Positions 42,095 through 54,000 of a stretch of DNA of 59,459 bases are shown here, piece by piece (position 1 is the stretch's first letter; every line of letters starts with the position of its first letter). Source of the DNA: Eubacteriales bacterium (GTDB taxonomy: Bacteria; Bacillota; Clostridia; Oscillospirales; CAG-272); assembly GCA_045592305.1 (NCBI GenBank), contig JAZNUO010000108.1, positions 1-59,459 on the forward strand, written 5' to 3'. Under the pieces are notes generated by a model that was not told where the DNA came from, ran no database searches, and saw only the letters and a program-made list of their open reading frames with translations. A program made the position numbers and the translations under genes.

Positions 42095-45000
42095 ATGGCA
42101 TTTTCCGAATGGCAAAAGAAAAAGAAACAGCAGGAGCAGGGCGTAGCGCCGTCCTCTCCCACAACCGATCCGCAGGCTAATACCGCTACCCAGCGTCCCT
42201 CGTTTGCAGAATGGCACTCCAAAAAGAAGGAGACCTCGTCTGCACAGGGGTGGCTGGACAGCGTGAACAGTTTCCTCGGCGACGTCAATAATCGTTACAA
42301 GGGCTGGAACAACAGTTCGGACGATTACAACAGCATTTTCAACCGATCCCAAGAACTCCTCCTCGCCGCCGATGGTTGGCGTAAGCAGTACGCTGGGGAT
42401 CCGAATGCGGTCAACGCCATCAATCAGGCTGTGGACTCCCTGGGCAGAGCGCAGGAGTATTCCAAGGCTTACTACGACTTCTATTCCCAGTTTGGGAGCG
42501 CAGACGAGTACGACACATGGACTCGCAAGCAGGACTTTATTCAGCGGTATGTTGAGGATCCTGATATGGCACTCGTTAAGGGTGGGTATGAGCCTGGGTG
42601 GGTCGAAGAAGCGGAATACTCGAAGAAATACAGCAGTCATGCCACTAATCCCGATGGGAAAATGGGTTGGGAAAAGTACCTTTCCGACCAGCAGAAACCC
42701 GAGGAGGAAGAAACTTGGCTTGATGCCATTGGTCGCTACCTTGGCAATGGCGGCATAGTGGATACAACTCTTCCTAATGCAGGAGTAACTCAAACCATAC
42801 ACGACCTTCGCGCCGATGACAGTTGGAAGCATCCGCAAGCCGATTGGAATCAGGAGCAGAAGAACATCTATGGTTCGCTGTATCTGGACTCCCCCTATGA
42901 GGCCGAGCAATTTGCGATCTACACTAACAGAAGGAACAAGGAAATCGCAGAGGCAGATAAAATGCAGAAGATTAGGGAAAGTGCTACCGATAATTTCGGG
43001 ATGGGACTTCTCCACTCTCTCGGGTCTATAGCCACGTCCACCATGGGCATGGCGGATTTTCTTGCCAATCTCGCGGAGGCAAATGCCAGAGGCACCATGA
43101 CTGATGACGGTCAAGTCTCTCCGTTTGAGTATTCACAGGCTGTCCAGGGCGGCATATCCGAGCACTTGAACCAAAAGAGCGGAACCATTGACGAAAAAGT
43201 CCCGATCTTTGGCGGAAAGGGTGCAGGGGACTTGTATAGCCTTGGTATGAGTGTTCTGGAGAGCACCGCTTCCATGGCTTTAGGACCTGGTGGCACCCTC
43301 GTTACATTCTTTGGTTCTGCTGGAGCATCAGCCATGGAGGACGCATTGAACAGAGGTGCAGAGGACTGGCAGGCAGCTCTTTATGGACTTGCCGCAGGTG
43401 TATTTGAAGGTCTCGCTGAGCAGATTGGTATTGACAACCTGTTCAGATTGGGCGGTTCTACTACCGTTAGGGAGACCATCAAGAACATTCTGAAGCAAGC
43501 TGGGGCAGAGGGCGCCGAAGAGGGGCTTACTGCTTTGTTCACTAACATCGCGGATAACGTCATTCTTCAAGAAAAGAGCAACTATTACGAGTTGGTTAGC
43601 CAGTACCAGCTGGAAGGTATGGACTATAACCAGGCCAGAGCAAAAGCGTGGTTGGAGTCTGTTGAGGGTGTTGCATATGACACCATCACCGGCGCCGTAT
43701 CTGGTGCAGTGCATGCGGCTCCTGTTATGACTGGACAGTATGTCAGTAATAGAAACCACACCGCCAACAGAATCTACGGTGATAACGCCGCCGATCTCGT
43801 AGCCGAAGCCCTTGAAATCGACCCGTCCAACACTTATGCCCAGAAATTGAAAAGAAAACTGGACAGCGGCAAGACTCTGTCGGGTGCTGAACTCAACAGA
43901 CTCATCAAGCAGAACGAGAAGCGCATCAAGGACGCCGAAACGGACACCGCTACCGAAGACACCGAAGAAACGCCTCCGTATCCCTCCGAGGCTTCCACGC
44001 CGCAGACGGAGACCGCTTCCCCGACCGAGAGTGCCCCCCCGCACGAAAACGCCTCAGAGAGCGAATACGAGGCTTCTGAGGGCACGACTCCCAAGACCGT
44101 TGCAGACACCACCGCCACCAGGCAGACCGCCCTGAACGAGGCCGCCAAGAAGTATGGTGCGCAGGCGGGTGCCATGGACGCCATCTATAAGGATGGGCAG
44201 GACATGGATTCCTTTGACCGCGGTATCAAGATCGCATTCGACATGGGCCGCGCCGGTGTTTCCCTTTCCTACGCCATGACCAGCGACTCTACTGCCTATC
44301 TTACCGAGAAGCAGAGGGAGTTGGCTCATGGTATTGGCGTTGACTCTTCCAATAGCGAGGCAAGCGAGCGATCCGAAGACAACAAGAAGAAGGCCAATGG
44401 CAAAACGGGGCGCAGGATCGGCACCGTTAAGGGCGAAGGCGTAACCATTAGAGATCTCCGCAAGACCTTCAACGACACACAAGGCGTAGCCTATAAGGTG
44501 CTTACCACTTACGCCGAGGCAACGGGCATTGACATTGTCCTGTTCAAGTCTGAGGCAAACGAGGAGGGCAGATTCGACGGAGCGCAGGGTCGTTTTGTCT
44601 GGAAAGAGGACACGATCTACATTGACATCAACGCAGGTCTTGCCAATGTCAAAAGCGTGGAGGATCTGGCCAAGTACACGATGCTTCGCACGTTTGCCCA
44701 CGAGTTCACTCACTTCATCGAAAAGTGGAACCCCATTCAATACAACGAGTTCCGGCGTGTTGTGTTTGACGCAATGACCGCCCGCGGAGAAAACGTTCAT
44801 GATCTCATCGAGCTTAAACAGGCTCAAACCAGCGGAATGTCCTATGACAAGGCAAGCCGCGAGGTTATGGCCGAGGCTATGGCCGACATTCTCCCTGATT
44901 CGAGTTTTGTGCAGACCCTTGCCGAGAATCACAAGAGCATTTTCAATAAACTCCTTGAGAAACTGAAGGAGTTTGTTGCGGATCTCAAAGCCTATTTCCG

Positions 45001-48000
45001 AACCATCGGCAGCACGTCATCCCGTGAAGCCCGCGCCCTTAAGGAGCAGGTAGGTGAGTCCTTGAAGTATGTGGAGAACATTGTATCCATGTTTGACAGG
45101 ATCGCCGTGGAGGCCGTAGAATCCTACCAGTTGACCGTAGCGACCGACGAGGCTGTTGTAGAGACTCCCATTCCTGTTGAGAAACCCGCACCCGCTAACG
45201 TGCACGATACGCCCAAAAATGCAGATAACCCCGCCGTAAAGCCCAATGTTGCCGCTGATGCAACCACGGATGGTGATAACGGGGACGCATTTTCGATCAC
45301 CGTCAACGCCGAATACGGTACGTTGGAAGTCAAGTTTGACGGGAAGCCCTCCGAGACTGTACGAAACGCACTCAAGGCCCATAAGTTCCGTTGGCATGGC
45401 AAGAAGAGCGTTTGGTACGGAAAGGGCGAGCGGTCTGATATTGTCAGAGTTCTGCGGGATGCGTATAAGGTTGAGGAAGCCACTCCTTCGGTAGCAACAT
45501 CGGATGAGTCCAATAATAAAACCTCCTTGATTGAGAGAGCTTATCAGATAGGCAAAAAGGAAGCCGAGGCACAAAGAACTATTGTTCCCGCAGCCAAGAG
45601 CAAGGACATGAACGATTTGATGAAAGAAGCCGGCAATAATCTTCTCCCTATCATTGAATCGTTTGACAAAGGCGTTGCGGATGAAATCAATCGCCAAACG
45701 GTTTCGGAATTGGATCCTTCTAAAGATTTTGATGCCACTTCCACCTCCCGTAGCCCTTCCAACACGCTTGAATCTATTCGCAACAGGTATCCCGGTAAAT
45801 TCATCATTTACCAAAACGAGGACGGGAGCTACAGCATTCCTGATCTCAATGTTTCCTATCCGTCAAATTGGGATGTATCAAAGGCTATTGATGCTGTAGC
45901 CAAGAGCAGAGACGTTGTGCTTGTACAGGGTGACAAGATTACTGAATATCCCGCCCGTAAGGTTTCCGATTCTGCTGATTCGGACACATCTACGACACAA
46001 AATGGTGCTATAATGGCAGAAGAGGCGGCAGAAGTCGTTGAGACCAGTAATGAGACCGAAGTCGTCAAGGAGGAACGGCCCGTAGCGATTTCCGAGGAAG
46101 ATTTGATCCAGGAGAAAAAGGCGTTCGACAAGAAGTTTGGCGCTATCGACAAGTCCAAATGGATGGTTACGGATTTTGCTCCTCCCAAAAAGGGACAGTT
46201 TATCCTTGATGGATCCCTCGCTATACGAGCTTCCGACCGTGAGCTTGTTGTCGCAAGGGCGGAATATGGAAGAAAACACAATCTTCCCTCTTTCGGCTTT
46301 ATTCCCGAGCATCTGTCCGAGGTTTTGAAAAAGGCAACGACCCTTGTCACCGAGCCGCCTGTTGTTATCGGCGGCCATCCCAAACCCTTGTTCGTTTTTA
46401 CGTTTGACGGAAAATCGCATTTCTGGGACAAAAAGCGTCTTTCGGCTCTGGATGGGAATACTTTCTACGTGGGAGATTTCCAAGGAAAATATAAAATCCT
46501 GAAAGCTGTCGATGAAAACGGAGAGATTGCCGGATTTGTTCTTCCTGTAAATCCGCGTAATCTCACAATCACCGACCCGACGCCTTCTAAACTCAAAACC
46601 TTTTCTAAAAAGAAGCAAGCAACCACAAAAACCACCGAGGAGGTAACCGCAAATGCTGATAACCAAGGATCAGTACTACAGTCTGACAGTGATCGGGAAG
46701 GAGATTCACGACTACTGGATGAAGTCGAAGCCCGAGATGTACATGGAGATGTACGAGCAGGGGACGCTGTGGGAGACCCTGTACAGAGAGGACAAGAGAC
46801 TGGACGATCTGGCCTGCGATCTGATAGCAGTACAGGGGATGTCGGTGGACATGGCGATGGAGGTCGTGAGAGCGCAGATCTACGACGAGATGGCGGATTA
46901 ACCGAAGAATCTTCAGAGCCTGCGACCGACACAAATGTCGGTGACACCGCTGATAGCGCGTCCGCCGAGGTGCTTCATGAGGATGTCGCCGAGGAGATTG
47001 CGCGGAAGTCTACTGAAAAGCCGAAGGGCAGAAACTTCGTGATTGGAGACAGTCTGAATCTTCCCAACGGCGACAAGGCACGATACAAGGCTAATGTAGA
47101 AGCCATTCGACTTGTCAAGCAGTTGGAGTCAGAAGGCCGCTACGCTACGGAAGATGAGCAGGTGATCCTGTCCAAGTATGTAGGCTGGGGTGGTCTTGCG
47201 AACGCCTTTGATTCCCGCAAGGCTGAATGGGCAAGAGAATACGCAGAACTGGCCGAACTCCTGACCAAGGAGGAGTACGAATCTGCCAGAGGATCCACTT
47301 TGAACGCTCACTACACCGATATTTCTGTCATTAAGGCTATGTACGACGGTCTGGCCGGTCTGGGCTTTGACGGCGGTATGATGCTGGAGCCCTCGGCGGG
47401 CGTTGGCAATTTTGTCGGTGCTATGCCCTCTGCCATGAGTGCGAAGGTCAGAGGATGGACAATGGTGGAGCTTGACGGTATCACCGGCTTGATTGCCAAG
47501 TATCTCTATCCCAACGCTAACGTGCAGATCCAAGGATTTGAGAGCACCGTCATTCCTGATAACTTCATGGACGTGGCGATCTCCAATGTTCCTTTTGGAA
47601 ACTACCCCGTAACCGATAAGGCATACCCCAAGAAGATCACAAGTGCGATCCACAACTATTTCTTCGCAAAAGCGTTGGATAAGGTTCGCCCTGGCGGAAT
47701 TGTGATGTTCATCACTTCTGCCTACACCATGAATGCCAGAGAAACCACCGTCCGAAACTACATCATGCAGAAAGCCGACCTTCTCGGTGCCATCCGTCTG
47801 CCTGATTCTGCCTTTAAGAGCAACGCCGGAACCGAAGTTGTCACCGACATTCTGATTCTCAAGAAGCGCCCCCCTCACACTCCCTATGCGGGCGTTGACT
47901 TTCTGGAAGCCCCGTTTACCACTCTTTCCAACGAAAGCTACAACGGTGCTTATATCAACACATACTTTACCGAGCACCCTGAAATGGTGTTGGGTACTCC

Positions 48001-51000
48001 GTCTTTGACGGGAAGCATGTACCGTGGCGATTCTCTTACCTACAAAGCGTTCACCGACCGTGGCAGCCTTGCCGATCAGATCCGCGAGGCGTTTACCCAC
48101 ATCGAGGGCAAGATGGATTACCCGCAGTCCCTTTCCAAGGAGCGGACGAACTTCGCGGTCGAGCGAGCAAGCAAGAAGACCAAGAAGAACGGCTACGAGG
48201 TCAAGGACGGAAAGATTTATCGGAACCAAGACGGTGAACTCGTGGAGCAGCAGATCCCAGAGAAAACCGCCGAACGCATCAAGGGACTGTTGGGTATTCG
48301 TGATGCCCATCGAACTCTTGTGACCTGCCAGCAGCAGGGCGTGAACGATGCCGAGATCAAGAAGGCAAGAGCCGCCCTGAATAAGCTATACGACGATTTC
48401 GTCAAGCGATACGGGTTCATCAATGCCCCCGCCAATCGTAACGCTTTCCGAGATGACCCTGACCGTCACACTCTGATTTCACTTGAGATCTACGATCCTG
48501 ACACTAAAACCGCCAAGAAGTCGGATGTTTTCAGGGTCAATACGATCACACCTAACCGCACGATCACTTCCGCTGCTACCGTATCCGAGGGATTGATTAT
48601 TTCCCGCAACGAGACGGGTTCCGTTGACATCGGTATGATCGCAAAACTCACCGGCAAGAGCGAAGTGGATGTGACACGCGAGCTTTTGGAATCCCGCCTT
48701 GTCTATAAGACCAAGGACGGCAATCTGGAAGCGGCGGAAACCTACCTGTCCGGCAACGTCCGGGCGAAATTGCGCGATGCAGAAGCTATGCTTCCCTTCG
48801 ATGCGGATTATGCCATGAACATCGAGGCCCTGAAAGCCGTTGTTCCCAAGGATGTGGCTTGCGAGGACATTTTTGTAAATCCCGGTACTCCGTGGATCCC
48901 CAACTCTGTGTATTCCGACTTCGCCGCGTATATTCTCGGTGGCAGAAACTATGAGTTTAATCCCGCTGTTATTGTCACCCGCAATCGTGATACCGGCAAC
49001 TTCACGGTCGATGTCAGAGGCAAGTACCTGAAAAACACGGTCGCCAATCTCCAAAAGTGGGGCACTTCGAGACGTACATTCCTGGATATTTTCGATGCTC
49101 TGTTGAACAGTCGCAGCATCGTTGTTAAAAACAAGCTCGATGACGGTTCCTTTGTAGTGGACGCTGATGCTACAGCGGCCGCCAACGAGAAGATGGAGGC
49201 AATTGGGAAGGAGTTCCAGGATTGGCTGTGGCGCGACGAAGCGAGACGCGATGAGTTGACCCGCCTTTATAACGAGACGTTCAACGCCCTTGTTACACCC
49301 AAGTACAACGGCGACAATCTGACCGTGAACGGAGCCAATGCCGCAAAGCCCCTCCGCCCCCATCAGCGCGACGCTGTACAGCGGGTCATTGCTTCCGGCG
49401 GTAATACTTTGCTCGCTCACAAGGTCGGTGCCGGTAAGACTTATGAGATGGCCGCCGCCGCTATGAAACTGAAGCAATTGGGACTTGTCAAAAAGCCCAT
49501 GTTTGCGGTCCCGAAGTCCCTTGTGGCTCAATGGGGCAACGAATTCATGGATTTCTTCCCCACCGCAAAACTCCTGGTTGCTGATGAAAACGATTTCACC
49601 CCCGCTAATCGTAGGGTGTTTATCAACCGAATCGCTAACGGAGACTATGACGCTGTCATTCTCTCCTATGAGCAGTTTGAGAAGATCCCTGTATCTGATG
49701 ACTTCGCAAAAGATCTGTATCAGGAGCAGATCGATAGCGTTATTGCCGCCATCGAGGAGGCAAGAGCCAATCAGGGCGAAAAGGCGTTGTCTATAAAGGA
49801 TCTGGAGAAAAAGCGTAAAACCCTTCAAGCCAAGATCGACAGGCTTACTTCCAAGCCCAAGGACGATGACAACATCCTGTTTGAACAGTTGGGTGTTGAC
49901 AGTCTGTTTGTTGATGAGGCTCATAACTTCAAGAATCTTTTCTACACCACTTCCATGACGAACGTGGCCGGTCTTGGTAATAAGGACGGTGCCGAAAGGG
50001 CATTTGACCTCTATACCAAGGTGCGATACCTGCAACGTCTGAATGGCGGTCGCGGCATTGTGTTCGCCACGGCGACTCCTGTCATGAACAGTATGTCCGA
50101 GATGTACATCATACAGAAGTATCTCCAACCCGACCTGCTGGAGCAGTTGGGCCTTACGTCCTTTGACGCCTGGGCAAAACAGTTTGGCGAGGTAGTCAAC
50201 GGCGTGGAGATCAAGCCCAGCGGCCAGGGATACCGCGTTAAGCAGAGTTTTTCCCGCTTCAAGAATCTGAGTGAGCTTCAACTGCTGTTCCGTAATTTTG
50301 CGGATGTTTTGACCGAAATCCCCGGTTTGAAGATTCCTAAAATGAAGGGCGGCAAGGTAAACGTGGTCGTCTGCGAGCCGAGTGAATTCCAGCAGGACTA
50401 CATGAAACTGTTGGAGGAACGCGCCGAACACATCAAGAATGTGGATCCCAGCGTGGATAACATGCTGAAGATCACGAGCGATGGTCGCAAGATCTCCTAC
50501 ACTCAGCGCATGATCGATCCCTCTCTTCCCTACGAGGAGGGGTGTAAGATTTTCCGCTGTGCGGATAATGTCGTTGCTACCTACAAGGAAAGCGCGAAAA
50601 TCAAGGGGACTCAGCTTATCTTCTGCGACATGGCTACCCCCAAGGGCAAGAGCAAGGCCCAATCCTCTGCTACGGACGAATCCGAAATGGATATGGAGAG
50701 CGCTCACTTGTACGAGGATATCCGAGCCAGACTGATTGAAAAAGGCATTCCCGCAAAGGAAATTGCTTTTATCCATGATGCCGACACGGATTCCAAGAAG
50801 AAAAAACTGTTCGCGGATGTAAACGAAGGGAAAGTCCGTGTTCTGATCGGGTCCACCGCCAAAATGGGCGTAGGCATGAATGCTCAAAAGCGTGTCGTGG
50901 CTATCCACCATCTTGACGCTCCCTGGAGACCCGGAGACGTGGAACAGCGAAACGGTCGCGCCTTCCGCCAAGGTAACATCAACGATGAGGTCGAGTGCTT

Positions 51001-54000
51001 CACTTACGTTACAGAGGGGAGCTTTGATGCCCGTCTTTGGGACATTTTGGAGCGCAAGCAGAATTTCATCGACCAGATCATGAACGGTGAGGATGTAGGC
51101 CGAGAGGCTGAGGACACGGGAGAGGTCACTCTTTCCGCCGCCGAGGTCAAGGCTCTTGCATCCGGCAGTCCATGGATCATGGAGCAGGTGCAGATCGAGA
51201 GCGATATTAAAAAACTGGAAAGCCTGTACCGAGCTCATACGGCATCCATTCGTGAAGCCCGCATCCGACTTTCTCGTAGCATCGGCGATGTCGCCATGTA
51301 TGAAAAATCACTTGCGGCTGTTCGGGAAGATCTGAAAGCACGCAAGGACACCTATTCGGAGGAAAACTTCTCAATCACCATCGGGAACAAGAACTATACG
51401 GTTAAAAAGGATGCTGGCGTTGCCTTTATCAGGGAGGCTGTCGCCAAGGCCAAGGAATCTGATTATGTTACTATTGCGACTTTTGCGGGTTTTGAATTGA
51501 AAGTAATCAAGACTCCCGAGGGCGTGAAGGGCATGATGTTCGGAAAGCAGAGCTATCCTTTCAACGTGTATCCCGGAAACTCCTCCTATCAGATTACAGG
51601 TCTGGTCAATCTTGTATCCGGTCTTGATGCCCGCGTGAATATGTTGGAGAGTGATCTTGCAGCAGCCCGCAACAACATCGCAGAGCAGGAGAAGATCATC
51701 AACACGCCCTTTGCAAAACAAGCAGAGCTTGACAAGAAGAGAGCGCGGTTGAAGGAACTTATGGCTTTGCTGAATCCCAAGGAGGAGCAGCAGATTGCTT
51801 CTATGGATGAGGATACGGTGCAGGAGCAGAGTCGGGCGTATTTGGATGACTTCACTGACAACGTTCCTGTCAAGGTCGACGAGATTGGCGAAAACTATGG
51901 CCTCACCCTCCGAGAGTACTCCTTGCAGGAAATTTCCAACATATTCTACCGTGGCAGAAGCATTGGCGTTGAATACGACATGCTGTTTGACCGTGTATAT
52001 GATTTCTGCAAGAACGCAGGCATTACGTTTGAGGTGCTGCCCACCATCAAGAACGATAAGGGCGAAGTTGTTCCTGGTGTCAGCTCTGGTGATCGCGTTT
52101 CTTTGAATCAGGAATCGTTCAATGAAGAAAATCTTTCAAACGAAAGAAAATCTATGGTAATCCTGCACGAGATGATTCATGCGGCAACAACGTATGCAAT
52201 AAAAGCTTATTTAAGGATAAGGAAGGGGGATGTAACCGTTAAAATGCCGAAAGATATTTATGATAGTTGTGTCCAAATCGTGCGTGTATTCCAATCGATT
52301 AAATCCGACCCCAATTTCGAAAACCAGTATGGAATAGAAAAAATCACGGAAATGATCGCTGAACTGTCAAACCCCGAATTCGTGACTCTGCTGAAGATGT
52401 CTTATCCGAGCATGTGGCATGAATTTTTGGATTTTGTGTGCAGATTGTTCGGCATCAACAAGAGATTTACCAATTACGCCACTTTGAAAAAAGCCGTTGA
52501 CGAAATCCTGTCTCACCCAGATTACGGACTTGCCAGTCGTTATTACGAACAGTTCTGGTTGCATAATCCTCGCTTTTATTTGGATGAGTCGCAGTTCTAC
52601 GATGCCAACGAACAGAATCAGCAGCGTACCAATACCCTTACCGACCGCGAAGTGCTTTCTATGGCGGCAGAACGACTGGAAGGGTATCCCGACCTCACGG
52701 ACGGGGAGCGGGACGCGCTCCGCATCTTCAAGGATCACCTGAACACGCTTCATCTCTTGCAGGAGGAGCGAGCCCAGCAAGGCAGGCTTTACAAGGAGCA
52801 GCAGTTTGGAGCCAAGGTTGACAAGGCCGCCGCCACCGAGACCCTAAACCGTATGCACGTACTGGACGATCGGATCCGAGCGACCAATGATGCGCTTCTC
52901 TCGGTAGAGAATAAAGAAGTTTTGCGTCGGGTGCTGGTCAAGGCGCGCAAGGTCGTTGAGGAGCAGGAGCAACAGCATGGCAAGGAAATCCTTGACCGCT
53001 GGCGTGAACGCACCAAGAACGCCGCCGCTATCAAGAAGTACCGCGAGCGAATCCAGTCGGATGTTAACGATTTGTACAATTGGATCACTAAGCCCGACAA
53101 CAAGGACATCGTAAAGCATGTACCCGATGTACTGAAGAACGCGGTGATCCCCTTCCTAACCTCCATCGACTTTACGAGCAAGCAGCAGTTGAGAGGGGGA
53201 GAGGCTACCAAGGGCGATAAGGAATTTGTCGCAAAATTGGACAGACTCAAGAAGGCCTTGAAAGAGGACATTGATATGGACGGTATGTACTCCGGCTATA
53301 CCGATCTTCCTGTGGACTTCATGGATGAGCTTCAGGAATTCATCGACGCCGTTCAGGAAATTTTGGATGATGGCGCGGATGAGTTCGTCATCAACCGTAT
53401 GACCGGCGACGAACTGAAGGAACTCTCCAAACTTGTGCGGACCCTGAAAAAGTTCATTACTCAGATCAATCGTTTCCACGTCAATGCCATGTTCCAACAC
53501 GTCTATGAAGCTGGAGACAGCACCATCAATGATCTTTCGCACATGGCAAGCGACAACGGTCGGGCTAACGGCGTATCTAACTTTGTTTTCTGGCAACAAC
53601 TGCGGCCCGCATACGCATTCGAGCGATTTGGAAACGGCGGCTTGTCAATTTATGATGGTTTGCGCCGTGGGCAAGCCCAGCTTGCTTTCAACACCCAGAA
53701 GATCGTCAAGTTTTCAAGAGAGGCATATACCGAGAAGGAAGTTAAGGAATGGGAAGATAGTGTCGTGGAAGTCAAACTGGACAGCGGCACCGTTAAAATG
53801 AAGGTGTCTCACATGATGTCCTTCTACGAGCTTTCCAAGCAGCCCGATTCCTTGCGGCATATACTCACGGGCGGTATTCGTGTTGCTACTTTCAAGGACG
53901 GCGAGAAGATAGCCGACCGCGGACATAAGATTTCGGAGGATGATGTCAAAACCATCATTGGGACATTGACTCCCAGGCAGAAGAAGGTTGCGGATGATCT

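Noticed and set aside
46902-47035. Independent start codon for the MTase-helicase part downstream of the embedded gene, which would split the giant ORF into separate genes
   Set aside because: In the main frame, no ATG/GTG/TTG preceded by an SD-like sequence is visible between 46902 and the conserved NFVIGDS lead-in. I therefore kept the giant ORF as one gene and reported the overlap as a finding.
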